Below are positions 1 to 8,331 of a DNA stretch of 45,469 nt, in pieces (the stretch's first letter is position 1; each line of letters starts with the position of its first letter). The notes under the pieces are model-generated. The model was given only the letters and a program-made list of their open reading frames with translations, had not been told where the DNA came from and did not search any database. Where the stretch lies: the sequence record SRR20825019_1501; one strand, written 5' to 3'. Both the position numbers and the translations under genes were made by a program.

Positions 1-603
1 AAAGCAGACGAGGCAGTTTCCTTCGGGGGCCCGGACCGAAGGGTATATCAACCCTCGCGAACCCGCCCGGCGCAACTGATCTGCCAGACGCTGACCTTCC
101 GGGTATCCAATTTTCGGATCAGGATCGAGGGCGCGATGATCCGGCTCGTCGCTCAGATCGTCAAAGGTTCCGATAAAGTCTGCATGAAGCTCGACATAGC
201 GTGCGATATCATGAAAGTTGCCGGTATATGCCAGCTCGCGGGTGCGATGGTATGCCACCTCGGCGACGCTGACCATGGCGTCCCAGGCGCAATACCAGGC
301 CCCGCGATTTTCATTGTTGAAACGATTGCCTCCGGCGCGCGTGTAGGTGAAGGCCGCGTTCACGTGAGTATTGCCATAAACCCTGAGATCGGCTTTGCGC
401 CGTTGCCATGCCAGTTCGCGTGGATCAAAATGCGGGTTCTTGCCTTGTTCTGCAACGATCCGGGCACTTGTCAGACTTTCGATTTCCGCCAGAATTTCGG
501 CTTCCTCATCGCTGTCGACGAGGCCGCGCAGAACCGGCGGCTTATGATAGGTTGCGGGCAGAAGGCGGATCAGTCCACGGTCGGATAAGCTGACCTGCCT
601 CAT
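1..603 (-). CDS. RES-domain toxin (RES-Xre / MbcT-ParT class NAD+-consuming toxin), 3' end outside the window
   Basis: Not in the ORF track. I translated it from ATG at 603, which overlaps the antitoxin stop (ATGA): MRQVSLSDRGLIRLLPATYHKPP...GGNRFNNENRGAWYCA...VAEVAYH...GLIYPSVRAPEGNCLVCF. The R, E and S motifs of RES domains are present and the frame is open to base 1. Confidence 0.9.
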   Translation of the reverse strand, partial: MRQVSLSDRGLIRLLPATYHKPPVLRGLVDSDEEAEILAEIESLTSARIVAEQGKNPHFDPRELAWQRRKADLRVYGNTHVNAAFTYTRAGGNRFNNENRGAWYCAWDAMVSVAEVAYHRTRELAYTGNFHDIARYVELHADFIGTFDDLSDEPDHRALDPDPKIGYPEGQRLADQLRRAGSRGLIYPSVRAPEGNCLVCF

Positions 604-989
604 GCGCCACCCCGCAATGCATCAAGATAGGTACGGATGGAAAGAATGTGTGGCAGCCCGCCTTCAATGGCGCAATCCACCGGACGGTTTCCGCCAAACA
701 GAGGCCCGGAATTGGCGCGCGTTATCCACTCGTTCGCCAGCGGTTCGGAAAAATAAAGCGCCAGCGATTTATAGATACCGATCAGTGCAGACAGCCTCAA
801 AAGCTGATCTCTGGTCAGTTCGCCTGAAAAATCGGGCTTCCTTGCCCGCTTCCATGTACTCTCCGACATGTCGGCAAGGCCGGCGGCCTCCTTTACAGAC
901 AGTCCCCATGCTTCGGCAATACGTGCATAGGCCTTTAAGGCTGTCGCATTGATATCTGCCGTTTCTTTTTTGGGTGCCGAGACATTCAT
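600..989 (-). CDS. Xre/MbcA/ParS-type antitoxin
   Basis: N-terminal HTH (WGLSVKEAAGLADMSESTWKR) and C-terminal WITRANSGPLFGGNRPVD...GG motif. Translationally coupled to the RES gene. Confidence 0.9.
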   Translation of the reverse strand: MNVSAPKKETADINATALKAYARIAEAWGLSVKEAAGLADMSESTWKRARKPDFSGELTRDQLLRLSALIGIYKSLALYFSEPLANEWITRANSGPLFGGNRPVDCAIEGGLPHILSIRTYLDALRGGA

Positions 990-1241
990 GACCTTACTCC
1001 AGAATTTGCTATTCTAGATCATATGACCGAAAAGTAAAGTTCATATGGTCGGTATTTTCTCGTGAATACACATTTCCATGCCCGCGTACCGTTGGTTCAT
1101 ATGTCGTTATTTTGGATGTGAACGCAGAGTTGTTGCCGGTTTTTCGCTCTCTCCGGGCATGGGCGAGCCCTTGGGAGGCCCCTGCCGAGGCTCGTTCCGC
1201 AACTGCCATCCGCTGCGATCTCAAAGAATCGGTTTCAAGCT

Positions 1242-1553
1242 TTATTTGTTGTCGGCGATCGCTTTTCTGTGGCTTTGGTCCCCCATCTGTACGACCAGTT
1301 GCTTCATGTTATCTGAAATGGGCAATTGGCTGATTGGCGCCTGTGTACGCTCTGCCTCTTTGAATACGGCATGGGCACTTAGCTGTTGCAGGTTGGCATT
1401 CCTGGTGAACCCCTCCTGTACCCGCTCCGCTTCCTGCTGCTCATGTGTCGCCACGAATCTCCGCAGCAGATATGCTGCAGGATTTGGGGCCGTGTTTTCA
1501 TTGGGATTCGGCTGAGCCAGTCGGTTTCCGGTCGGTTGAATCTGATTATCCAT
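1242..1553 (-). CDS. Hypothetical protein, possible T3SS substrate or 5' part of a frameshifted gene
   Basis: 103 aa with an N/P/Q-rich N-terminus (MDNQIQPTGNRLAQPNPNENTAPNP) and GAAGAG upstream of the ATG. Divergent from the T3SS operon. Confidence 0.55.
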   Translation of the reverse strand: MDNQIQPTGNRLAQPNPNENTAPNPAAYLLRRFVATHEQQEAERVQEGFTRNANLQQLSAHAVFKEAERTQAPISQLPISDNMKQLVVQMGDQSHRKAIADNK

Positions 1554-1860
1554 TATTTGATCTCTTCGTTCTGTTTCAACGCAGAATGACTTTTGCTTCA
1601 GGCTTTTTCTGCCTGGTGCCTATTCGCCAGAAACCAGGCTTGAGCCGGTAATTTCTGGCCAGTCGTCAGCACGATCACCTGCGTCGACTTTATAGACAAT
1701 TCAGAAAAATGGATGGAAGTGCCGGTCCCGGAAAAGCGGACTGTATGTCTCTTTTGCCGTCTTCAGGGTTGATCTGCTTTCGTCCATCGCCACCGCATTG
1801 GGCAGGGCGTAACGTCAAGGCATTGCCCGGCGTCTCATAGGCCGTGAAAGCGGATCTATA

Positions 1861-1945
1861 GGTAAATTTTATACTGTCATTTTTTCATTATATATTAAAT
1901 ATTTAAAGTATTTAAAAAAATAAAAATACTATATTGACCTTATAG
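1861..1945. promoter_or_regulatory. Very AT-rich promoter region upstream of the T3SS-associated operon
   Basis: Almost pure A/T tract in a GC-rich background, directly upstream of the RBS (AGAGGA) of the 1988 ORF. Confidence 0.5.
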
Positions 1946-1987
1946 TCTAGTGTGAATCTTGCAGGAAATTAGAAGAGGAATAAGAGC

Positions 1988-2389
1988 ATGTTATTTTCGA
2001 TTTCGGGAAGTGTACACAATATTTTTTCCGGTATTTCCGAGAGGAGACATCACCGGAAGATGCGGCGACAGGCTCGTCGTATGCGGCGCCATGGCAAGAA
2101 AATGCTGCATCATATGCGGCATCAGTTGCAGCACCAGATGCAGATGACGGCGCAGTTTCAGCAGCAGATGATGTCGAGTCTTCGCAAGCCATTGCTTCTC
2201 GGTGGTTCATCTGTTTCCGGTATGATGCGGCCGGGCTTCGGAGCCTCGGTTGATATGAATTTCTCCAGACCTACTTTCGGCAATCACGGCTGGATTTCAG
2301 GTCAGGTGCATCTCTCATCACCAGGTCAGGTGGGTTTCGGGTTCGGAGGTATGGCAAACCACCTTTTCGGATCGCTTTCCTTCGCCTGA
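1988..2389 (+). CDS. Hypothetical low-complexity protein (R/H/M/Q-rich then G/F/S-rich), first gene of the T3SS-associated operon
   Basis: 133 aa, RBS AGAGGA, co-oriented with the T3SS genes, no Cys. Confidence 0.6.
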   Translation: MLFSISGSVHNIFSGISERRHHRKMRRQARRMRRHGKKMLHHMRHQLQHQMQMTAQFQQQMMSSLRKPLLLGGSSVSGMMRPGFGASVDMNFSRPTFGNHGWISGQVHLSSPGQVGFGFGGMANHLFGSLSFA

Positions 2390-2443
2390 AATAAGCAGCG
2401 TGTAAACTTAACCCTCTAGGATTCAATTTGAAGGAGAAATACT

Positions 2444-2740
2444 ATGTCATTACTTGGAGTCGGACCCGCAACGATGGATCCCGAGAAATATCTTGATCAG
2501 ATAACTAGGGCGTCTCAAATGCGGAGCGCCGAGGCGCAGGCAAAGGACATTGAGCGCCAGACGCAGGCGCAGATTTCGCAGAGCCATCGACAGACGTCCG
2601 AAGCGATCAACAATTCACAAATTGAATCGCAGCGCAACCGTAGCAACATGCAGAATAAAATGCTGATGGACATGACGTCCGATACGAACAGTCTCAATAA
2701 GAATGCTTATCAGACACTCAGCCAGTCTTCGGCTGCCTGA
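2444..2740 (+). CDS. Small helical protein, candidate T3SS pilus/needle subunit (HrpA/NopA-like by size, composition and context)
   Basis: 98 aa, strong RBS AAGGAG, Q/S/N/M-rich, no Cys or Trp, followed by a GC stem-loop. The function is inferred. Confidence 0.5.
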   Translation: MSLLGVGPATMDPEKYLDQITRASQMRSAEAQAKDIERQTQAQISQSHRQTSEAINNSQIESQRNRSNMQNKMLMDMTSDTNSLNKNAYQTLSQSSAA

Positions 2741-2769
2741 TAAAGCTTATTAAGCCTGTGAAACCAATG

Positions 2770-2802
2770 CCCCGCGTCGTGTCGTGAACGGCGGACGCGG
2801 GG
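2770..2802 (+). terminator. Intergenic GC-rich stem-loop (mRNA stabiliser or attenuator; no U-tract)
   Basis: CCCCGCGTC (2770-2778) pairs with GACGCGGGG (2794-2802). Confidence 0.5.
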
Positions 2803-2829
2803 TCAGATTGTAAGACTCGGGAGGAAAGC

Positions 2830-3108
2830 ATGTTATCTTCATCTCTTCCGCCGGAACTTTCCAGGCAGGCAAATACGATGACAGGAAGTGACGCTCTGCG
2901 TGCCGCTGTTTCGCGGAGTAAAGCCGTGGACCAGAACAGACTCGTTCAGTCAACTGAAAGGCTTCACCGGCAACAGGTTGAAGCCCAGATCAATGTTTTG
3001 AATTTTAACGTTAGCAGAAGTTTATACAATCTCAAAAGTAAACAGCTTGTTGATAATTTATCAAACAAGTTCAGTCTTATATCGGCAATCCAAAGAGGTA
3101 TAAACTAG
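2830..3108 (+). CDS. Small T3SS-associated hypothetical protein (rod/filament-like)
   Basis: 92 aa, RBS GGAGG, amphipathic helical C-terminus (QLVDNLSNKFSLISAIQRG). Confidence 0.55.
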   Translation: MLSSSLPPELSRQANTMTGSDALRAAVSRSKAVDQNRLVQSTERLHRQQVEAQINVLNFNVSRSLYNLKSKQLVDNLSNKFSLISAIQRGIN

Positions 3109-3241
3109 ATGTATTATATATTATTTTAATAAATAATAAGAATATTAACTTATTTTTATTTGAAATATTTAGTTTCTGTGTTTATTATTGTTTTGTGGAA
3201 TTTATTGTAACTTCAATATCTATTGATGACGTGAGCGCGAA

Positions 3242-3550
3242 ATGGAACAGATTCTACTAAAGAAGTTGTTGCTGATGCTCGCCGTTTGCAATCTGCGATG
3301 TGGATTCCTTTACAAGGCCATTGTTTACAGCCGCGTTGGCATAGCCCTGTTTCCGGGCGACGAGCGCTTTCGAGAAATATCAGCCTATGGGTTGCTGCTG
3401 ACGGGAGCGGGAGATGCGTGCAGGGATGTTCTCAGCGGCATGAGTGCAGCAACACGAAACCGTGCCTATCTGGAAGCCCGGCTTGAAATGCTGGGAGAGA
3501 ATGAAGGCTCTGATGTTGCAGACCGGTTGCGTACATATCTGACAAAGTAA
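3242..3550 (+). CDS. Small TPR-like helical protein, possible SctY(YscY)-type T3SS chaperone
   Basis: 102 aa with a TPR-like pattern (KAIVYSRVGIALFPGD...AYGLLLTGAGDACRDVL), in the operon leading to SctV. Confidence 0.5.
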   Translation: MEQILLKKLLLMLAVCNLRCGFLYKAIVYSRVGIALFPGDERFREISAYGLLLTGAGDACRDVLSGMSAATRNRAYLEARLEMLGENEGSDVADRLRTYLTK

Positions 3551-3572
3551 CAACTATTTGGGATTGTTCGTC

Positions 3573-4151
3573 ATGGTTACCAAAATAGACGGTTCAGGCA
3601 CAAAACAGGTTAAGCCCGACGCCGCCGCCGCCCGCTTGGCGACAGAGGCGGCAAAGGTTCCTTCACAACAGCAGCCGGCGGCAAAAGACAGTCGTGACCA
3701 GTCTGTCGGCTCTTTCTCGTCAATGCTGACCGAGGCCTATGACGGTGATACCGCCGAGCAGATGACGCATCTGGCACACAGTCACGCCCATGCTGCTGCC
3801 GGTGAGCACTCGGAAGAGCCGATTGAGGATGTGGATGATCGTCGTGCGCCTCAGCGGATTATACCGGTTTCCGGAGAGGGTGATGCTGTTCTGGATGGAT
3901 TGCGCCGCCGAAAGGAAACCAAGGTCGGCAAGGCCGAGGTTCAGGAAACCACGTCAGCTCCTGCTCAAAAATCGCTGGTTGATGCACATGAAAAGCTGAT
4001 GCTGGTGTCCAGCCAGATGCAAATTCCCGAAGTGGCCAGTCACCTGTCATACGGTGCTTTTAACCGGTTGAGCAATATTCTTTGCAGTCCTTTGTGGGCG
4101 CGGGACCCGGCATTTCTGGCCAATGGGCTTCGTGCGCAGGCGCGTTCATAA
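3573..4151 (+). CDS. Hypothetical T3SS-associated protein
   Basis: ATG at 3573 (MVTKIDGSG...; alternative TTG at 3558). Disordered N-terminus and His/Ala tract, located between the TPR gene and the secretin. Confidence 0.6.
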   Translation: MVTKIDGSGTKQVKPDAAAARLATEAAKVPSQQQPAAKDSRDQSVGSFSSMLTEAYDGDTAEQMTHLAHSHAHAAAGEHSEEPIEDVDDRRAPQRIIPVSGEGDAVLDGLRRRKETKVGKAEVQETTSAPAQKSLVDAHEKLMLVSSQMQIPEVASHLSYGAFNRLSNILCSPLWARDPAFLANGLRAQARS

Positions 4152-4180
4152 GGGTTCTCAAATCAAGGCGGTAAGTCAGC

Positions 4181-5428
4181 ATGATTGCAGAAATGGCCTG
4201 TTTTGGTTTGGTCCTACGGCGCGGCTGGATGCTGGTTTTTCTGTGTGTTCTGGGCGTTACGTCTTCCCATGCCGCAAGTCGCCCGCCGGAAACATTGCCG
4301 CCGATGACAGTCGAAATAGGCAAGGGGGAGATGTTGCAGGGAACGAAAGGGGCCGCCGGATTGTTTGTCGCTGACCCTGATGTAGCTGACATTCAGGGCT
4401 CACAGGACAACGGATATTTTATCTATGGCAAAGCAGCTGGACAAACCACGCTCATTGGCTCTGATTTTGAAGGGCGGCAGCTGTTCCGTGTCAATGTCAC
4501 CGTTATCCAGAACCTTGATGAAGTGCGCAAGACCCTTGCTCAGCGGTTTCCTGATGCCAATGTCGCTCTGAAGGCTGCGCGCGGCAGTGTTATGCTGACG
4601 GGAAGCGTGCCGGACAACCGTGTGCATCTGGCCATTCTCGATAGTGTGCGCCCTATTCTGGCTCCATCCCAGATCATTGATGAACTGATTGAAAGCGACA
4701 GTGGCGTTATTCGCCTTTCTGTTCGCGTGATTGAGGTTTCGCGCACACGGCTGGATGCCTATGGTGTTAACTGGGCGACGCTTCTCAATGCCGAGCCGTT
4801 TCTCCAGCTTTTGCTGCATGATGGTGTGGCAACTGTTGTCAGTGAATCCACCCTGACCACCGTGAACGGCAAAGACGCGACTTTCACTGCTGGAGAGCAG
4901 ATAGCGATTCCGAAAACGACGACCACGGGCAATTCGACCCAGTCTGGAATTGACTTCAAGCCAATCGGCCTGACGATCAAGTTCAAGCCGACCCTGATGC
5001 CCGGAAATCGTCTGGCACTTGATGTTGATTCAGAGATCTCCGTTCAGGGCGGATCGTCAAGCACGGTGGATGGGAATACCTACCCCAACATCAACTCCCG
5101 CAGCTATACGACCAGTGTGCAAATGGCGCCGGCGGAGAATTTCATTCTCACCGGTTTTACCAATTTTCAAACGAACAGTGACCTTCAGACCACCCGTGAT
5201 TCCAACAGTTTTTCGAGGTTGGTGCAGAATATTTTTGGTCATGAAAACATCAAGTCGCGGAATGATGACTTCCTGATTGTCGTAACGCCTTATTTCGGCG
5301 ATGCTCGACAGTTCGAGCAAACAGATCCGGTCGGCAAGCCCGCAAGCATACTGGAAAGCATTCTTTCAAACCGACGCACCGATAAGGCTCCCGTGTCGTT
5401 GTATGGCGACGTCGGCTTCTCCTACTGA
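4181..5428 (+). CDS. rhcC2: Secretin, RhcC2 / CpaC-RcpA (Tad-derived) type
   Basis: Signal peptide, pilus-formation N-domain (VADPDVADI...IYGKAAGQTTL), BON-like segment and secretin domain (GKDATFTAGEQIAIP, FKPIGLTIKFKP, FLIVVTPY). Confidence 0.88.
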   Translation: MIAEMACFGLVLRRGWMLVFLCVLGVTSSHAASRPPETLPPMTVEIGKGEMLQGTKGAAGLFVADPDVADIQGSQDNGYFIYGKAAGQTTLIGSDFEGRQLFRVNVTVIQNLDEVRKTLAQRFPDANVALKAARGSVMLTGSVPDNRVHLAILDSVRPILAPSQIIDELIESDSGVIRLSVRVIEVSRTRLDAYGVNWATLLNAEPFLQLLLHDGVATVVSESTLTTVNGKDATFTAGEQIAIPKTTTTGNSTQSGIDFKPIGLTIKFKPTLMPGNRLALDVDSEISVQGGSSSTVDGNTYPNINSRSYTTSVQMAPAENFILTGFTNFQTNSDLQTTRDSNSFSRLVQNIFGHENIKSRNDDFLIVVTPYFGDARQFEQTDPVGKPASILESILSNRRTDKAPVSLYGDVGFSY

Positions 5429-5440
5429 TGGACGTGCGCA

Positions 5441-6160
5441 ATGAAAATGCCCGGTTTGAAGCTCGTGGTTCTGGCTCTGTTTTTGTCCGCAACTCAGGTT
5501 CCCGGTTCTGTACAGGCTTTTGAGCCTGCGAAGCACCTGACGGTGAAAGACGTCTTCTATCAGGTTCCACAAATCCCATATGCGAACGAGCGCTACAGGT
5601 TCGTTACACAAGACGAGAGCCTGAAAGAGGCGTTGCGCTATTTCGCGGTGAATGCAGGTATCGCAACAACGATTTCCGAACAGGTGCCGGAGACCGACCT
5701 GGTTCAGGTACCGGATGATCTCACTTATCAGGGTTATCTGGACTATCTGACGGACAAGTATCACCTCGTTTGGTTTTTTGATGGGGCGACGCTTTTCATC
5801 GATACCGAAGACCAACTGGTGCAGAAGGTTATCGCCCTCCAAAAGACCAATGGCGAAGAGGTGGTGAAGATTCTTCGCAACCTTTCGATATTTCAGCCAA
5901 AATTCATGTTGCGCTATGACATGCAGAGCCGGGTTCTCATGGTTGCCGGTCCACCCGCTTATGTCAGTCAGGTTGAAGACACCGTCAAGGCAGCGGAAGC
6001 GGCCAAACGTACAGAAACGGCTTTGCTGCGCGGGTCCGGCTCAGGCCGTGACCTGACCGCCGCGCAGCCTGCAATTGACGAAAGTGCAATTTCGTCTGCC
6101 GGGGCCATGTCGCCGCCTTCGGCGGGCGGGGTTCCCTCCCTTTTTGCATCGGAGTTCTGA
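5441..6160 (+). CDS. rhcC1: T3SS secretin N-terminal half (RhcC1/NolW type)
   Basis: Signal peptide plus SctC N0/N1 motifs (YRFVTQDESLKEALRYF, YLDYLTDKYHLVWFFDGATLFI, LMVAGPPAYVSQVE). No secretin barrel domain. Confidence 0.85.
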   Translation: MKMPGLKLVVLALFLSATQVPGSVQAFEPAKHLTVKDVFYQVPQIPYANERYRFVTQDESLKEALRYFAVNAGIATTISEQVPETDLVQVPDDLTYQGYLDYLTDKYHLVWFFDGATLFIDTEDQLVQKVIALQKTNGEEVVKILRNLSIFQPKFMLRYDMQSRVLMVAGPPAYVSQVEDTVKAAEAAKRTETALLRGSGSGRDLTAAQPAIDESAISSAGAMSPPSAGGVPSLFASEF

Positions 6161-6163
6161 AAT

Positions 6164-8227
6164 ATGAAGGTCACCAGACTGGGCGATATGCTCAGCGAAC
6201 AACGGGACCTTTTCATTGTCCTGATCTTTGCGCTCGTCATCCTGATGATGGTATTGCCGCTACCACCCGGCCTGATGGACGTAATGATTGTTCTGAATAT
6301 CAGTGTGGCCGTCGTGATCTTGCTGATGTCGGTGCAAACGGTAAATCCGTTGCAGTTTTCCACTTTCCCGACAATCCTTCTGGTTACAACGCTGTTTCGG
6401 CTTTCAATATCGATCTCGACGACACGCCTGATCCTTCTGACCGGTGATGCCGGGCAGGTGATTGCGACCTTCGGCCAGGTTGTGGTCGGCGGGAATCTGG
6501 TCGTTGGCCTCGTCGTCTTCCTGATTATTTCTGTTGTTCAGTTCCTGGTCATTACCAAGGGTGCCGATCGTGTTGCCGAGGTTGGTGCGCGCTTCACGCT
6601 TGATGGAATGCCGGGCAAGCAGATGAGCGTCGATGCGGATGTTCGCGCAGGTAACATGGATCATCTGGACGCCACCAATGCCAGACGTGCCCTTGAGCAG
6701 GAGGCGAAGCTGTTTGGTGCCATGGATGGCGCGATGAAGTTCGTCAAGGGTGATGCAATCGCCGGGCTGATCATCACCGTGATCAATCTTCTGGGCGGTA
6801 TCAGCATCGGGATGTTTCAGCATGGCCAGAGCTTCGGGGAGGCCGCGCAAGTCTATTCTCTGCTGACTGTCGGCGATGGTCTGGTCGCGCAGATCCCTGC
6901 GCTGATGATCTCGATTGCCGCCGGTACGATGGTGACCCGCGTGACCAGCCGAACCGGCATGAACCTTGGCTTTGAAATCGTTCAGCAGTTTATCGCCAAT
7001 GGTCGCACGATCATCACCGCCGGGGCACTGATCACGTTCTTTGGCTTTGTTCCTGGTTTTCCTAAGCTGATCTTTTTCGCGATGGGCTGCGGTATGATAG
7101 GTGGCGTGCTCTTTGTTCAGCAGCGAAAAAGAAAATCGGTCAGCCTTATGAGCTTTGACTGGAAGGCGCGCATGGCCGCCCGCCAGGAATCGGCCAGTGA
7201 GTTGCGGCGGCGCGGTTATCGCACTGATCTGGTGAAGGTGGTTCTGCCTTCCAGTATATGCACAATGGATATTGATGACTTCTGCAATGTCTTTGATGGC
7301 ACGCGGGACAAGATGTCGGCGGATATGGGCCTTCCCAGAAGTGAGTGGGCGTTTGAAGTCGACTGGCAGAACGAACATGAATACCGGATCATGATCGGTG
7401 ACGAAGAGGTTGTGCGTGCCGAATATCGGGAAGACTGCGTTTTCGTCAAAGCCCATCCAAGCTATCTGGAGGCGCTTGGCGTTAAATGCGTCGCCACTTA
7501 TGGGTTGCGCGAAGGTGCCCTTGTCTCCGAAGCGTCGATACCGACACTTAATCAGCACGATGTTCAGTTCTGGACCGCGTTTAACTGTTTTTGTATGCAT
7601 CTGCAGCGCATAGTAGCCGAGCACGCCTCTGCTTTTGCCGATTCACAGGGCACACATCAGGTTATCGACAGTGTTGCGGTGGAACATCCTGTTCTGGTTT
7701 CCGCGCTGCGCGAGGCCGTACCCAACAGCCATATCAGCAAGATATTTCAGATGCTGCTTGATGAGCGGATTCCGATCACCAGCAAAACCCGGATTGCCGA
7801 GGCGATACTGCGATGGTCGGAAAAGGGGCTGGAGGGTAGCGCCCTTCTTCAGAAGGTGCGAAATGAACTGAACGAGTTCATTACACGACGCTTCGCACCC
7901 GATGGATTTTTGCAGGTCGTGGTTATTGCGCCAACGATCGAATCGCTGGTGCGCGAGGGAATACGGGCGACCAATGAGGGAAACTTTCTGCTTCTGGAGC
8001 CAACGCTGGCCAGCCATATTGCGACGCAGGTTCGTCAGCTTCTTGGCGAAGAATATCAGCGCGGCAAGCACCCGGTGCTGTTGACGCAGCAGGATACCCG
8101 CTTCCCGCTGTTCACACTGCTTTCGGATCAGGGCATCTTCATACCCGTTCTGGCCTATTCAGAAATCATGCCGGCAACGGTTGTCTATCCGATCGGTGTG
8201 ATTACGGCCGATGAACCCGATACATAG
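6164..8227 (+). CDS. sctV: T3SS export gate protein SctV (HrcV/RhcV, FHIPEP family)
   Basis: FSTFPTILLVTTLFRL, RVAEVGARFTLDGMPGKQMSVDAD, GAMDGAMKFVKGDAIAG, LLTVGDGLVAQIP. Next to secretin genes, so non-flagellar. Confidence 0.95.
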   Translation: MKVTRLGDMLSEQRDLFIVLIFALVILMMVLPLPPGLMDVMIVLNISVAVVILLMSVQTVNPLQFSTFPTILLVTTLFRLSISISTTRLILLTGDAGQVIATFGQVVVGGNLVVGLVVFLIISVVQFLVITKGADRVAEVGARFTLDGMPGKQMSVDADVRAGNMDHLDATNARRALEQEAKLFGAMDGAMKFVKGDAIAGLIITVINLLGGISIGMFQHGQSFGEAAQVYSLLTVGDGLVAQIPALMISIAAGTMVTRVTSRTGMNLGFEIVQQFIANGRTIITAGALITFFGFVPGFPKLIFFAMGCGMIGGVLFVQQRKRKSVSLMSFDWKARMAARQESASELRRRGYRTDLVKVVLPSSICTMDIDDFCNVFDGTRDKMSADMGLPRSEWAFEVDWQNEHEYRIMIGDEEVVRAEYREDCVFVKAHPSYLEALGVKCVATYGLREGALVSEASIPTLNQHDVQFWTAFNCFCMHLQRIVAEHASAFADSQGTHQVIDSVAVEHPVLVSALREAVPNSHISKIFQMLLDERIPITSKTRIAEAILRWSEKGLEGSALLQKVRNELNEFITRRFAPDGFLQVVVIAPTIESLVREGIRATNEGNFLLLEPTLASHIATQVRQLLGEEYQRGKHPVLLTQQDTRFPLFTLLSDQGIFIPVLAYSEIMPATVVYPIGVITADEPDT

Positions 8228-8331
8228 GCCCCGGGAGAAAAGCGATTTCCGGATTTTCGTTGGCACCCCTGCGGCACGCAACGGGCCGCCTGATTTCGAA
8301 ATTCGGGAAAGAAGGAAAGTCTATGACTCGC

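Noticed and set aside
136-588. 150-aa plus-strand ORF
   Set aside because: Antisense shadow of the RES toxin, which has clear family motifs.
1663-1680. TCGTCAGC resembling the start of a rhizobial tts box
   Set aside because: The second conserved element (GxxAG) is missing.
6404-7624. 406-aa minus-strand ORF and other long antisense ORFs (e.g. 23216-24145, 34115-35134)
   Set aside because: Shadow frames of well-supported genes in GC-rich DNA, with no motifs.
6164-8227. Flagellar FlhA interpretation
   Set aside because: The neighbours are secretin halves and effectors, and no flagellar genes are present.
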